Notes: generated from the sequence alone by a model not told the origin. A stretch of DNA of 64,000 nt from Candidatus Omnitrophota bacterium (GCA_030674475.1 JAUSCZ010000022.1:2628-66627), one strand, 5' to 3'. Counted from the first letter of the stretch, positions 1 to 10,621 are shown. Made by a program: numbers and translations.

Positions 1-341
1 ATTATCTGAGCGCGGTATTTATTTATCTTGGGGTTATCGGCGATAAGCACACTGTCAATGTTTTCTATTTTGTATCCGGCCTGGGTTATTTTCTGATGGA
101 CTATGGCTAATAACTTCAGGCTGGGAATATCTTTATATTTGTCGTCACTATTCGGGAAATTGACCCCAATATCTTCTAATCCCGCGCTGCCTAAGAGCGC
201 GTCACAGATGGCATGGGTAAGGACATCCCCATCAGAATGAGCCAGCAGGCCTTTTTCAAAAGGTATTTCCAGGCCGCCTAAAATCAGCTTTCTTCCGGAA
301 ACTAAACGGTGGATATCGTAACCTATGCCTATCCTAAACAT
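1..341 (-). CDS. ispF: 2-C-methyl-D-erythritol 2,4-cyclodiphosphate synthase (runs off window start)
   Basis: Manual translation from ATG at 341: MFRIGIGYDIHRLVSGRKLILGG...HSDGDVLTHAICDALLG; directly downstream of ispD. Confidence 0.95.
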   Translation of the reverse strand, partial: MFRIGIGYDIHRLVSGRKLILGGLEIPFEKGLLAHSDGDVLTHAICDALLGSAGLEDIGVNFPNSDDKYKDIPSLKLLAIVHQKITQAGYKIENIDSVLIADNPKINKYRAQI

Positions 342-378
342 AACTTAACCAAAAATTTGCAATAATGAAATGGATTCT

Positions 379-407
379 GTAGGGACTGCACAATGTGCTG
401 TCCCTAC
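379..407. repeat. GTAG-type REP-like palindrome supplying the ispD stop codon
   Basis: GTAGGGACTGCAC-AAT-GTGCTGTCCCTAC; the CTA at 404-406 is the ispD TAG. Confidence 0.75.
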
Positions 408-1177
408 TTTAAAATGGCCCGGGCAAATACCAAATCCTCAGGGGTGGTAATCTTGATATTAAAATAAGAGCCTAAAACCACCTTTACTCTTACTCCTGTT
501 TTTTCTACTAAGGAGGCATCGTCGGTTGCCTCTAGATGTCTGTATTTTTTATACGCGTTTATCAGGGTATCTTTTTTAAAAACCTGGGGGGTTTGAATTT
601 CCCAGATATTTTTCCTATCCAGGGTTTCGGATATTTCGTAATTATCTGTTACGCGTTTTAAAGTTGATTTGGAAGGGATAGCGCACACCGCCGCCTGATT
701 AACTTTGGCCGCTTTTACTATTTTGATAATTAATTCTCGTGAGATAAACGGCCTGACCGCGTCATGCACCAGGATAAAATCCGTATCTTTACCTATATGT
801 TTTAAGCAATTGTTTACGGAATCCCGGCGGGTTTTTCCTCCCGGGACTAAAAAGATTTCTTTCTTTATTTTGTATAGCTTTAAAGCCCGCTTAAACTTAC
901 CTAATCCCTCCGGATTGACCGCGATGATAATTCTTTGTATCAAGTCGAGCTTGGCTAATGCTAATAAGGTATGAATGAGTAGGGGTTTTCCGTTTATCTT
1001 TACCAACGGCTTAAGGGTTTTTGATTTCAGCCTCCTGCCGTATCCGGCCGCGGGGATAATCGCTTCAAGATTACCCCTCCCCGCCTCCCCTTGGTAAGGG
1101 GAGGATTTCTTCCCTCCCCGCCTCCCCTTGGTAAGGGGAGGATTTCTTACCCCGCTCTTTCTTGCTGCAGGATACAT
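404..1177 (-). CDS. ispD: 2-C-methyl-D-erythritol 4-phosphate cytidylyltransferase with repeat-derived N-terminal extension
   Basis: AIIPAAGYGRR, LVHDAVRPF, QTPQVF, TDDASLVE, NIKITTPEDL motifs; between yacL and ispF. Confidence 0.95.
   Translation of the reverse strand: MYPAARKSGVRNPPLTKGRRGGKKSSPYQGEAGRGNLEAIIPAAGYGRRLKSKTLKPLVKINGKPLLIHTLLALAKLDLIQRIIIAVNPEGLGKFKRALKLYKIKKEIFLVPGGKTRRDSVNNCLKHIGKDTDFILVHDAVRPFISRELIIKIVKAAKVNQAAVCAIPSKSTLKRVTDNYEISETLDRKNIWEIQTPQVFKKDTLINAYKKYRHLEATDDASLVEKTGVRVKVVLGSYFNIKITTPEDLVFARAILK
1075..1148. repeat. Two tandem copies of 37-bp palindromic element CCCTCCCCGCCTCCCCTTGGTAAGGGGAGGATTTCTT
   Basis: Exact tandem duplicate 1075-1111 and 1112-1148; same element at 40055-40098 and 46808-46845. 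Confidence 0.9.
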
Positions 1178-1178
1178 C

Positions 1179-2159
1179 TTACCGATTTTCCATCTTGGTA
1201 AAGATCATCCTGCCGGCCTGGGTTTGAAGCACCGAGGTTACTGCTACTTTCATTGTCTGTCCGATAAACTTTCTGCCCTCTTCAACCACTACCATAGTTC
1301 CGTCTTCCAGATAGCCTATGGCCTGGTTATGCTCTTTTCCTTCCTTAATCAGCTTGATCTCCATTGTTTCACCCGGAAAGACTACCGGCTTAAGGGCATT
1401 AGCCAGCTCGTTGATATTTAAAACCCGCACATTCTGGATGGTGGCTACCCGGTTCAGGTTGAAATCCACGGTGAGCACCATTGCCCCCAAGAGCTTGGCT
1501 AATTTTACTAACTTAGCGTCCACCTCCGGGACATCCGGAAAGTCCTCCTCATGAATAGTCAGATGCACGCCTAAGTCCTTCTGGATGGTGTTAAGCACCT
1601 CCAGGCCGCGCCTGCCGCGCTGCCTTTTAATCGGGTCAGAGGAGTCGGCTATCTGCTGGAGCTCTTTAAGGACAAACCTGGGCACAATGAGTTTGCCTTC
1701 AAGAAATTTTGTTTTGCAGATATCGGTAATTCTTCCGTCAATTATTACGCTGGTGTCAATCACAATCATAGACTCGGATTCATCCTGGCGGCTCAGGCGC
1801 ACATAAGGAATAATAATGTTGAATTCGTCTTTTCCCCGGATAGCCATAATCATCCCCAGATAACAGAATATAAAGGTCATAATAGCCCGGATAATCTTTA
1901 GATTTTCCTGTAAAGGGCCAAAAAGGATGATTGCCTCATATACTATCCTGGACATAACTAAACCTAAAAGCAGGCCAAAAACGGCGCTGGATAATCCCCT
2001 TACTGAGATTCTGCGCATTCCGATTTCAAATAAAATAATCAGTACCCCGGCAAACCCTCCCGCCAGCATCTTGATCCAGCCGTTGGCCGGTCCGCCGGTC
2101 TGATAACCGATCAGTGTGGCTCCCACGATAAAAAGTATACGGATAAATAATAAGGTCAT
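1179..2159 (-). CDS. yacL: PIN/TRAM domain membrane protein (YacL family)
   Basis: N-terminal TM helices, [13 protein letters not shown] motif, [12 protein letters not shown] and [13 protein letters not shown] motifs; radA-yacL-ispD-ispF synteny. Confidence 0.9.
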   Translation of the reverse strand: MTLLFIRILFIVGATLIGYQTGGPANGWIKMLAGGFAGVLIILFEIGMRRISVRGLSSAVFGLLLGLVMSRIVYEAIILFGPLQENLKIIRAIMTFIFCYLGMIMAIRGKDEFNIIIPYVRLSRQDESESMIVIDTSVIIDGRITDICKTKFLEGKLIVPRFVLKELQQIADSSDPIKRQRGRRGLEVLNTIQKDLGVHLTIHEEDFPDVPEVDAKLVKLAKLLGAMVLTVDFNLNRVATIQNVRVLNINELANALKPVVFPGETMEIKLIKEGKEHNQAIGYLEDGTMVVVEEGRKFIGQTMKVAVTSVLQTQAGRMIFTKMENR

Positions 2160-2200
2160 TTTAGGTTATTCCTCTCTTTTTATGAGTTATATATTAAATT

Positions 2201-3577
2201 TTAGTTATTAAATACAACTTCCATCGCTTCCTGGATGTTTCTTACCGGTGTAACCTCAATATCAAATTTATCCTCGGGACTTAGGTTATCCTTAGGGACG
2301 AGGCACTGCGTGAAGCCTAACTTTTGGGCCTCTTTTATTCTTAAAGGAAGTTGAGCAACATTGCGGATTTCCGCGGCCAGCCCGATTTCCCCAATCAGGA
2401 CCGCATTATCTTTTATAATCTTTTCTTTAAAGCTGGAGATAATCACCATGGCCACGGCTAAATCGCAGGAGGGGTCATCTACCTTTATTCCTCCTACTAC
2501 GTTAATAAAGACATCGTCATTTTCTAAATGCAGGCCCAGTTTTTTTTCTAAGACCGCGATCAGCATATTCAGCCGGTTATAATCAAAACCCTCGGCCTTG
2601 CGGCTGGCATAGCCAAAAGCGCTTCGGGATACCAGGGCCTGGATTTCTAAAAGCAGGGGCCGGGTCCCCTCTAAAACCGAGGTAACCACGGAACCTGAGG
2701 AATTTTTAGGCCTTTGAGCCAGGAATATCCGCGATGGGTTCAGCACTTCTTCCAGGCCGGATGAACCCATCTGGAAGACTCCAATCTCATTGGTTGAGCC
2801 GAAACGGTTTTTTACCGCCCGGAGTATCCGGTAAGAAGAATACCTTTCTCCTTCAAAATAGAGCACAGTGTCTACGATATGTTCTAAGACCCGCGGCCCG
2901 GCAATCATCCCTTCTTTGGTAACATGGCCGATGATAAACATTGATATACCCTGGGCCTTGGCTAATCGGGTTAAGGTGTTGGAACATTCCCTGACCTGGC
3001 CTACTGAGCCGGGACTGGAGGAGATATCCGGATTAAAGATGACCTGGATAGAGTCAATAAAGACGGCATTGGGCTTTACTTTTTTGATATATTCAAGTAT
3101 CTGGGAGAGGTTGGTTTGATTTACGATGTAGATATTTTCGCTGGAGCTGATATTTAATCTCTCGGAGCGCAGTTTGGTCTGCTGGATGGATTCCTCCGCG
3201 CTGACATAAAGTATCTTTATTCCCAATCCCGCCAGTTGAGCTGAAATCTGTAAAGATAGGGTGGATTTACCTATTCCCGGGTCTCCTCCCAGAAGGGTAA
3301 CCGCGCCCTTGACCACCCCTCCTCCTAAAACCCGGTCTAATTCCAGGATGCCGGTTTTGATCCGCATTTCTTCTTTGTTCTCTATGTCTTTGAGAAGGAT
3401 TGGCTCAGAGATATAAAATTCGTTGATTCGCGAAGAATCCGTTTTCGCGGTTAATTTCGGTTCGATAAAATCTTCTTCAACAAAGGAGTTCCAGGAGGAG
3501 CAGTCCGGACACCGGCCTAACCACTTTGCCGACTGATGCCCGCAGTTCTGACAGGAGAAAATAACCTTGGTTTTCAT
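2201..3577 (-). CDS. radA: DNA repair protein RadA/Sms
   Basis: CQNC...CPDC zinc finger, GDPGIGKS Walker A, KNRFG motif. Confidence 0.97.
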   Translation of the reverse strand: MKTKVIFSCQNCGHQSAKWLGRCPDCSSWNSFVEEDFIEPKLTAKTDSSRINEFYISEPILLKDIENKEEMRIKTGILELDRVLGGGVVKGAVTLLGGDPGIGKSTLSLQISAQLAGLGIKILYVSAEESIQQTKLRSERLNISSSENIYIVNQTNLSQILEYIKKVKPNAVFIDSIQVIFNPDISSSPGSVGQVRECSNTLTRLAKAQGISMFIIGHVTKEGMIAGPRVLEHIVDTVLYFEGERYSSYRILRAVKNRFGSTNEIGVFQMGSSGLEEVLNPSRIFLAQRPKNSSGSVVTSVLEGTRPLLLEIQALVSRSAFGYASRKAEGFDYNRLNMLIAVLEKKLGLHLENDDVFINVVGGIKVDDPSCDLAVAMVIISSFKEKIIKDNAVLIGEIGLAAEIRNVAQLPLRIKEAQKLGFTQCLVPKDNLSPEDKFDIEVTPVRNIQEAMEVVFNN

Positions 3578-3584
3578 AGTATTA

Positions 3585-4220
3585 TTATTTCTTTTTTTCT
3601 TTAGTTTTAAAAAACAGTTTCCAGGGATGGCGCTTTAGGTCGTCGGTCAGCTCTTCGATGTTTTTATAGACCGTCTCGTCAGAAAAAAACTTTCCGATAG
3701 TGCCTTCTCCGGTTTTTATCCCGGACAATATCTCATTAAGGCCGGTAACCGCTTCATCGGTTTTTGAGACTAATTCTTTTATCTCTTTGGTGATTTCTTC
3801 CATTGGTATCGGATCCTGCCCAAGAATAGTGTCGTTTTCTTTAAGTGTGTGGTTATAATCTTTGCCCGGCATTATTTCAATATATTTTTCGCCTAAAAGC
3901 CCCAGGGTATTTATCCAGACCGCGGAATCAGAAGGAATTTGGGCGTCTTTATTTACCCAGACCCGCACCCCCACCTTGGTGGTTTTTGATTCTGAGTCAG
4001 AGAAAATCTTTATGCTTTTGATCTCGCCGATATCTACCCCGGAAAACCGGGTGGGGGCGCCTATTTTGAGTCCGTTGGCAAAGCCAAAGATTATGTCAAA
4101 TTTATAGCCGGGCTTGATAATTTGAAAATCACGGATAAAAAAAACAAAAATGGTCAGGATGATCAGGCCGATAATTATGAATAACCCGACAAATAATTCT
4201 ACTCGTGATTTCGCGGTCAT
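3585..4220 (-). CDS. mlaD: MCE/MlaD family lipid transport protein
   Basis: N-terminal TM, GLKIGAPTRFSGVDIG and GLLGEKYIEI MCE motifs. Confidence 0.88.
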   Translation of the reverse strand: MTAKSRVELFVGLFIIIGLIILTIFVFFIRDFQIIKPGYKFDIIFGFANGLKIGAPTRFSGVDIGEIKSIKIFSDSESKTTKVGVRVWVNKDAQIPSDSAVWINTLGLLGEKYIEIMPGKDYNHTLKENDTILGQDPIPMEEITKEIKELVSKTDEAVTGLNEILSGIKTGEGTIGKFFSDETVYKNIEELTDDLKRHPWKLFFKTKEKKK

Positions 4221-4233
4221 TTATGTTCCTCCA

Positions 4234-4995
4234 TTAAATGCACTTATCTATGGTTTCGGTAATCGGCCCCTTGGCCAGGCCGTTAATGAACTGATAGACT
4301 ACCGGATGATTTGTCTGTTGTATCTCTTCTGCCGAGCCCTCAGCGATAATTTTCCCATGATACAACATAGCGATTTTGTCAGCAATCCTGTAGGCGCTTT
4401 TCATATCGTGGGTAACCACAATAGAGGTTACTTTTAATTTATCGTGAAGGCTGCGGATAAGCTCATTAATGCTGTCAGCGGTTATAGGGTCAACGCCGGT
4501 AGTAGGCTCGTCATAGAGGATGATCTCCGGGTTGACGCATAAAGCCCTGGCAATAGCTACCCGTTTTTTCATTCCGCCGCTCAATTCTGAAGGTAAAAGT
4601 TTTTGTATGCCGCAGAGTTCCACATTGCTAAGGGATTCCTCTACCCGATGCTCGATTTCCCGCGCGCCTAATTTAGAGTATTCATACAAGGTAAAACCCA
4701 CATTTTCACCCACAGTGAGGGAGTCAAACAATGCCCCTCCCTGAAAGACCATGGCCATGCGCATCCTTAGCTTATTCAGTTCTTTAGATGAAATTTTAGC
4801 GATATTCTTTCCGTCAATAATAATCTCTCCGCTCTCAGGCCTTAAGACGCCCATAATATGCTTTAAGAGGACGCTTTTGCCGCAGCCGGAGCGGCCGATA
4901 ATCACCTTGGTTTCTCCATCGGCTATGTTCAGGCTTAAGCCCTTTAAAATTTTGCTGGAGTTAAAATTTTTATATATATTTTTGATTTCAATCAT
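4234..4995 (-). CDS. mlaF: MlaF family ABC ATP-binding protein
   Basis: GRSGCGKS, LSGGMKKRVAIARA, YDEPTTG; between mlaE and mlaD. Confidence 0.9.
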   Translation of the reverse strand: MIEIKNIYKNFNSSKILKGLSLNIADGETKVIIGRSGCGKSVLLKHIMGVLRPESGEIIIDGKNIAKISSKELNKLRMRMAMVFQGGALFDSLTVGENVGFTLYEYSKLGAREIEHRVEESLSNVELCGIQKLLPSELSGGMKKRVAIARALCVNPEIILYDEPTTGVDPITADSINELIRSLHDKLKVTSIVVTHDMKSAYRIADKIAMLYHGKIIAEGSAEEIQQTNHPVVYQFINGLAKGPITETIDKCI

Positions 4996-4999
4996 AGCA

Positions 5000-5148
5000 A
5001 CCGCGGAAGCGCAGAATAACCCTTAAATATGCTGTTTTTACCGCAGAAGCGCAGAATAACCCTTAAATATGCTGTTTTCCACAGAGACACAGAACTCTGC
5101 GTCTCTGTGGTTACATCTCTATTTAGAGTCATTCTGCGTCTCTGCGGT
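5000..5148. repeat. Composite CCGCAGA/CACAGAGACACAGA-type inverted-repeat element with 40-bp internal tandem duplication
   Basis: ACCGC(G/A)GAAGCGCAGAATAACCCTTAAATATGCTGTTTT twice (5000, 5040); palindrome 5079-5110; ATTCTGCGTCTCTGCGGT 5131-5148 inverted to the left end; abuts mlaE stop. Confidence 0.75.
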
Positions 5149-5942
5149 TACGGAAAGATAAAATAAAATATCGCGGTAAACACGCAGTCAGCCGCGATAA
5201 TCAGAATGAAGCTGGTTACTACTGAAAGGGTGGTAGCTTTACCTACGCCTTCGGCTCCGCCTTCGGTGCGCATACCCTCCAGACAGCCGACCATCGCGAT
5301 TATCATCCCAAAAATCAGGGTTTTAAATAAGCCTGTAGTTACGTCTTTAATCTGCAGGGAATCAAAGGTCATGTTCAGATACATACTTGACCTTATGCCT
5401 AAGCGGTAAACACAAATGAGATACCCTCCAATAATTCCCACCAGATTGGCATACATCGTTAATACCGGAACCATAAAGGTAAAAGCCAAAAAGCGCGGCA
5501 CCACCAGATATTTTATCGGGTTAGCGGCCAGGGTCTCTAAAGCGTCTATCTGTTCGGTTACTTTCATTGTGCCCAATTCGGCGGTTATGGCCGCCCCGCA
5601 CCTCCCGGCAACTATCAGGCTGGTGATTACCGGCCCCAGTTCCCGGACGATAGAGAGGGCGACAATGTTAGCGATATAAATCTCGCTGGAAAGCTTTTGC
5701 ATCTGGTAGGCGGTCTGCAGGGCCAGAATTACTCCGATGAAAAAGGCGACCAAGGAAACAATCGGCAGGCTCTCTACTCCGATAATAAAGGCCTGGCGCA
5801 TGATTCTTTGGCCCTTTAAAGGCGGGATAAATATCCAATAGAGCGTTTTAAAAAAAAGCCTGGTGAGCGCGCCCACATAGTCAACATAATATACTATGTG
5901 GGCGCCAACCTTATGAGCAAAGCTAATAATATTTTTAGCCAT
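5148..5942 (-). CDS. mlaE: MlaE family ABC permease
   Basis: RELGPVITSLIVAGR, AELGTMKVTEQIDAL, GGAEGVGKATT motifs. Confidence 0.95.
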   Translation of the reverse strand: MAKNIISFAHKVGAHIVYYVDYVGALTRLFFKTLYWIFIPPLKGQRIMRQAFIIGVESLPIVSLVAFFIGVILALQTAYQMQKLSSEIYIANIVALSIVRELGPVITSLIVAGRCGAAITAELGTMKVTEQIDALETLAANPIKYLVVPRFLAFTFMVPVLTMYANLVGIIGGYLICVYRLGIRSSMYLNMTFDSLQIKDVTTGLFKTLIFGMIIAMVGCLEGMRTEGGAEGVGKATTLSVVTSFILIIAADCVFTAIFYFIFP

Positions 5943-5974
5943 AGTTTTTAACGCTACATGCTATATGCCATACG

Positions 5975-6991
5975 CTAAAACTTTACCGTCTTCTGCCATC
6001 CCAGGGTCTCGTCCTGATTCTTGATGCGCATCTTAAGCGCCTGGTTGTTCTTTAACGGATACGCCGCCTCCACGATATCCTTTCCTTCGTAATCAATATT
6101 ATGCTTGATTATCCAATCCTGGATAAGCATAATATTATTTGCCGAATGGACGGTTACCTGGTGCTGGGGAGAGCCAAGATTAGATAGCTCTAAAAGATTA
6201 AATTGCCCTTTTAATTCGTAGGCCGCTCCGTTTACCTCGTTTATTTGGGCGTCCTCTAAGCGCATAACCGGAAAAATTCCTCCCAGGGTGAATTTCGCGC
6301 TGTTGAATTTAACCTCTCCCGCCCCGCCGTCAAGAGCGGTTAATTTAGCTTCTATCTTTATCGCCTCCTTGGGGCCTTTTAGCCGTATTTCTCCGGATAC
6401 CTTACCGGATAAAGCGGTATCTTTGGGATTAATGCCCAGGAGCCCGGCCAGTTCATCCAGGGCCATTTCTTTAATGGTTAAAGAGAGGTCAAAATCAGGG
6501 TTAGAAAAAAGAGTGCCGTCCGGGTTTCTTTTGATGTCTCCTTTTATTTCTATATCCGCCCAGCTGAGCGCCTTAATGGTCAGGCCGCTGTCGTTTATTT
6601 CATAATCCGCGGAGAATTCTTTTAGAGGTTTAAAATTAAGCAATGAAGCCTGGGTCCAGGCCTTTCCTTTTACCGCTTTTATTTTCCCGCTTCCCGCTTT
6701 TATAATTATGCCGCTGGAGTAAAAATCGCAAGATATATCGCTTTTACCGAATCTTACATGTTTTAAAGATACGTGTAGGCTGTAGTTATCGCCTTGCGTA
6801 TTTCCCGCGGCTGAAAGCATGCCTTGTTCTTTCAGGTCAAAGATGAAAGAGGCGTATTGGCTGAAGAAATCAATCCTGCCGTCGAAGGTTTTGGTTTCCT
6901 GGGCTAAGGCTTCCTTAGACAGGATACTTAAGCCGACACAGCAGAAAAGAAAAATCAGGATCCTAAAAGTTTTATTCAAACACCAGGGCAT
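5975..6991 (-). CDS. Hypothetical exported beta-rich protein (start uncertain)
   Basis: Long ORF with signal-like hydrophobic N-terminus ending ALA-Q and alternating beta-strand pattern; co-oriented between clpC and mlaE. Confidence 0.65.
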   Translation of the reverse strand: MPWCLNKTFRILIFLFCCVGLSILSKEALAQETKTFDGRIDFFSQYASFIFDLKEQGMLSAAGNTQGDNYSLHVSLKHVRFGKSDISCDFYSSGIIIKAGSGKIKAVKGKAWTQASLLNFKPLKEFSADYEINDSGLTIKALSWADIEIKGDIKRNPDGTLFSNPDFDLSLTIKEMALDELAGLLGINPKDTALSGKVSGEIRLKGPKEAIKIEAKLTALDGGAGEVKFNSAKFTLGGIFPVMRLEDAQINEVNGAAYELKGQFNLLELSNLGSPQHQVTVHSANNIMLIQDWIIKHNIDYEGKDIVEAAYPLKNNQALKMRIKNQDETLGWQKTVKF

Positions 6992-9401
6992 CGTTTTTTT
7001 TGTCCACCCGGACATTAGAGCCTTCCCTAAAACGTTTAGTGATGATCTCTTGAGCCAGAGGATCCTCCACGAACCTCTGGATTATCCTTTTTAAAGGCCT
7101 GGCCCCAAAGACCGGGTCAAAACCTTTTTCAATCAGGAAATCTTTGGCGGCCGGGGTAAGCTCCAGGTTAATCTTTTGCTCCGTAAGCCTTTGGGTAAGA
7201 TAAGCCAGCTCAATATCCACAATTATATGCAGGTCCCCTTTGACTAAGGGCCTGAAGACGATTATATCATCAATCCGGTTAAGAAACTCTGGCTTGAAGG
7301 CGTGCTTTACCTCACCCAAGAGCTTTTCTTTCATTTCCTGATAAGTCAATTCCTCTTTTTGGGATTTGAAGCCTAAAGAGCCTTGCTTGCGGATAAGTTC
7401 CGCCCCAACATTAGAGGTCATAATCACTACGGTATTACGGAAGTCTATCTTTCGGCCGAAGCTGTCCGTGAGCCGTCCGTCTTCAAACACCTGCAATAAC
7501 AGGTTAAAGACATCAGGATGGGCCTTTTCAATTTCATCTAAAAGGATGACCGAATAGGGCCGGCGCCTGACCTTTTCAGTCAACTGTCCGCCTTCCTCAT
7601 AGCCCACATATCCCGGAGGAGCGCCGATTAGCCGGGAGATATTGTGTTTTTCCATATATTCGGACATATCTATCTGAATTAGGGATTCTTCATCGCCGAA
7701 CATAAACTCAGCCAGGGCCCGGGCTAAGAGGGTTTTACCTACGCCGGTCGGCCCTAAGAAAATGAATGAGCCGATAGGCCGGCGGGGGTCTTTAATCCCG
7801 GCCCGGGAACGCCGGGTGGCATTAGCAATTGCCGAGATGGCCTCTTCCTGGCCAACTACCCGCTTATGCAGATTTTCTTCAATTTTAAGTAGTTTTTCGC
7901 CCTCCTTTTCCTCTAAACGAAAAAGTGGGATTCTTGTCCATTGCGAAACTATCTTGGCAATGCTTTCGTAGTCTATCTGGGGGCGCATCTGGTCTTTCTT
8001 TTGGCTCCACTCCTTATTTACCTTCTCCAGTTCCAGGCGGGCCTGCCTTTCCTGGTCGCGCAGGGCCGCGGCCTTTTCAAAATCCTGGGATTTTATCAGG
8101 GCTTCCTTTTCTTTCTTTAAGGCCTCTACTTTTGCCTCAAATTCTTTGATGTCCGGGGGAATTACTAAGACGTTTAACCTGGCCCGGGAACCGGATTCAT
8201 CAATCAGGTCAATGGCTTTATCCGGAAGGAACCGGCCGGAGATATAGCGGTCGGATAATTTCGCCGCCGCCTCTAAAGCCTCATCTAAGAACTTTACTTT
8301 GTGATGGGCTTCGTATTTATCCCTTAAGCCTTTAAGTATCTCAACTGTCTGCGGGACGTTCGGCGGCTCAACCATTATGGTCTGAAATCTTCTTTCCAGG
8401 GCCGCGTCTTTCTCAATGTATTTGCGGTATTCATCCAGGGTAGTGGCGCCGATGCACTGGATTTCTCCCCGGGATAAGGATGGTTTTAAAATATTGGAGG
8501 CATCTATTGCTCCCTCAGCCGCTCCGGCCCCGACTAAGGTATGTAGTTCGTCTATGAATATGATTACATCCTGAGAGCGTTTGATTTCTTCCATTACCGC
8601 CTTAATCCGCTCTTCAAACTGGCCGCGGTATTTAGTCCCGGCAACCATCAGGGCTAAATCCAGGATTATCAGGCGTTTATTTCTTAAGACCTCCGGAATA
8701 TTCTCGTTAACGATTAATTGGGCTAATCCCTCAACAATCGCGGTTTTTCCCACCCCAGCCTCACCCAGAAGCACTGGGTTATTTTTGGTGCGCCGGGATA
8801 AAATCTGGATAATCCGCTCAATCTCAGCTTTGCGGTCAATTACCGGGTCAAGCTTACCTTCTTTGGCGGCCTGGGTAAGATCCCGGCCAAAGGCATCCAG
8901 GGCCGGGGTTTTGGTTTTTCCGTGCGGGGCCTGTTGTTGTTGCTGCGGGCTAAAACCGGGGGTAGCCGCTCCCAGAACCGACATAATTTCGTTCTTTACT
9001 CTTTCTAAATCCAATCCTAAATTAAGCAAAACCTGCGAGGCCACGGACTCGCCCTCCCGGATTATCCCTAACAAGATGTGTTCAGTGCCGATATAATTGT
9101 GGCCCAGGGAACGGGCCTCTTCAGCCGCCAACTCCAGGGCCTTTTTTGCCCTGGGGGTAAAGGGAATATCCCCTAATATCTGGGTGGTTGGCCCGGGCTG
9201 GACCACTTTTTCTACTTCTAAGCGGATGGTTTGCAGGTCTAAGCCCAGTTTTTCTAAGACCGCCGCCGCTACTCCTTCGCCTTCCCGGATTAAACCTAAC
9301 AGTATATGTTCAGTTCCGATATAATCGTGGTTAAAACGCCTGGCCTCCTCTTTAGCTAAAATAATGACCTTTCTTGCTCTTTCAGTAAAACGATTAAACA
9401 T
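6972..9401 (-). CDS. clpC: ATP-dependent Clp protease ATPase subunit ClpC
   Basis: [12 protein letters not shown] start after GGAGGA SD; two Clp-N repeats, GEAGVGKT and GPTGVGKT Walker A, UVR coiled coil. Confidence 0.96.
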   Translation of the reverse strand: MFNRFTERARKVIILAKEEARRFNHDYIGTEHILLGLIREGEGVAAAVLEKLGLDLQTIRLEVEKVVQPGPTTQILGDIPFTPRAKKALELAAEEARSLGHNYIGTEHILLGIIREGESVASQVLLNLGLDLERVKNEIMSVLGAATPGFSPQQQQQAPHGKTKTPALDAFGRDLTQAAKEGKLDPVIDRKAEIERIIQILSRRTKNNPVLLGEAGVGKTAIVEGLAQLIVNENIPEVLRNKRLIILDLALMVAGTKYRGQFEERIKAVMEEIKRSQDVIIFIDELHTLVGAGAAEGAIDASNILKPSLSRGEIQCIGATTLDEYRKYIEKDAALERRFQTIMVEPPNVPQTVEILKGLRDKYEAHHKVKFLDEALEAAAKLSDRYISGRFLPDKAIDLIDESGSRARLNVLVIPPDIKEFEAKVEALKKEKEALIKSQDFEKAAALRDQERQARLELEKVNKEWSQKKDQMRPQIDYESIAKIVSQWTRIPLFRLEEKEGEKLLKIEENLHKRVVGQEEAISAIANATRRSRAGIKDPRRPIGSFIFLGPTGVGKTLLARALAEFMFGDEESLIQIDMSEYMEKHNISRLIGAPPGYVGYEEGGQLTEKVRRRPYSVILLDEIEKAHPDVFNLLLQVFEDGRLTDSFGRKIDFRNTVVIMTSNVGAELIRKQGSLGFKSQKEELTYQEMKEKLLGEVKHAFKPEFLNRIDDIIVFRPLVKGDLHIIVDIELAYLTQRLTEQKINLELTPAAKDFLIEKGFDPVFGARPLKRIIQRFVEDPLAQEIITKRFREGSNVRVDKKNDALVFE

Positions 9402-9434
9402 CAGTCCTCCCAGGTTAATAGATAAACTGTTAAG

Positions 9435-9571
9435 TAAAAAGTTAAAACGCAAAAGGCAAAACTACAAGGAAAAAGTTAAAGCTGGATTGAAAATAAGTGC
9501 CTTTTTTCACTTTAGTCCTAATTTTACCTTTTGACTTTTGGTTTTACTTTTTTACTTTTACCTTTTTACTT
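9435..9571. repeat. Inverted heptamer array (AAAAGNN...NNCTTTT) between mcsB and clpC
   Basis: Degenerate AAAAGTT/AAAAGGC units left, TTTTACT/TTTTGAC units right; shares AAAAG(G/T)CAAAAC(T/C)ACAAG with 11172-11287. Confidence 0.7.
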
Positions 9572-10621
9572 TCATTTTATTAACTTACTTCTAATCAAGC
9601 TTGCCCTTTTGATATCTCTTTCCTGGCTGTTGAGCTTCTTGCTTTCTAACTTTTGCAGATGCGCGGGCTGAATCAGGATAAATAATTCATTCACTGTTCT
9701 GCGGTCAGTGTCCTTAATGATGTTTAAGTCAATACCCAGCCTGAGCATGGAAAGTAATTCTGTGGTCTCCTGCGATGAGATGATAAAGGAGTTTTTGAGT
9801 ATGCCTAAGGAGCGCCAGACCCGGTCTTCTAAAAGAGTCTTCTGCTGCTTTAGGAGGACACCTCTGGCGGTTTCCTCATGCTCGATAACCTGGCGGATAA
9901 GCCCGTTGATGTTGCTGATAATCTCATCTTCATTATGCCCCAAAGAAATCTGGTTAGAAATCTGAAAGAAATTTCCGATAGCCTGGGTTCCTTCTCCGTA
10001 AAGGCCCCGGGTGGTAAAGCTTAGTTTGGCAATGGCTGAGAGGACCTTATCTATGGTCCTGAGCATTACCAAAGCCGGCAAATGCAGCATCACTGAGCCG
10101 CGCATCCCGGTTCCGGTATTGGTGGGGCAGGCGGTTAAGTAGCCGTATTCCGAGGAGAAGGCGAAGCTTAGCTCTTTGGAAAGGGCGTCGTCAATCCGGT
10201 TCATTATCTCCCAGGCGTCCAGCAAGTCAAAGCCGGATTTCATTACCTGGAGCCTGAGGTGGTCCTCTTCGTTAATCATTATAGATATAATTTCATCATC
10301 GTCAATGACTACCGCCTTGGAGTTGGGCTTAGAGGCCTGTTCCCGGCTCATCAGATGGCGCTCTACCAGAAACTGTTTATCCACGTTATCCATCTCGGAA
10401 AGCTTAAAATAGGTATTTCTTTTAAGGTATTCCACCTTCTGGATAGCTTGATAAATAATGCCGGCGGTTTCATCTCCCTGGGTTTTATCCGCCCAATGGG
10501 GAAAGAACCTGGCCATAATGTTCCTGGCCAGCCTTATCCGGCTGGAAATCACAATATCGGAATTTGGCCCGCTTCCTTTAAGCCATTCGCTGGAATGGCT
10601 AAGTAAATCGTCTAATTTCAC
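9572..10621 (-). CDS. mcsB: Protein arginine kinase McsB
   Basis: SSRIRLARN, NEEDHLR, TACPTNTGTG, FQISNQ motifs. Confidence 0.95.
   Translation of the reverse strand: MKLDDLLSHSSEWLKGSGPNSDIVISSRIRLARNIMARFFPHWADKTQGDETAGIIYQAIQKVEYLKRNTYFKLSEMDNVDKQFLVERHLMSREQASKPNSKAVVIDDDEIISIMINEEDHLRLQVMKSGFDLLDAWEIMNRIDDALSKELSFAFSSEYGYLTACPTNTGTGMRGSVMLHLPALVMLRTIDKVLSAIAKLSFTTRGLYGEGTQAIGNFFQISNQISLGHNEDEIISNINGLIRQVIEHEETARGVLLKQQKTLLEDRVWRSLGILKNSFIISSQETTELLSMLRLGIDLNIIKDTDRRTVNELFILIQPAHLQKLESKKLNSQERDIKRASLIRSKLIK

Noticed and set aside
1075-1148. 37-bp direct repeats as a CRISPR array
   Set aside because: Copies are adjacent with no spacer, other copies are dispersed singly, and no cas genes are present
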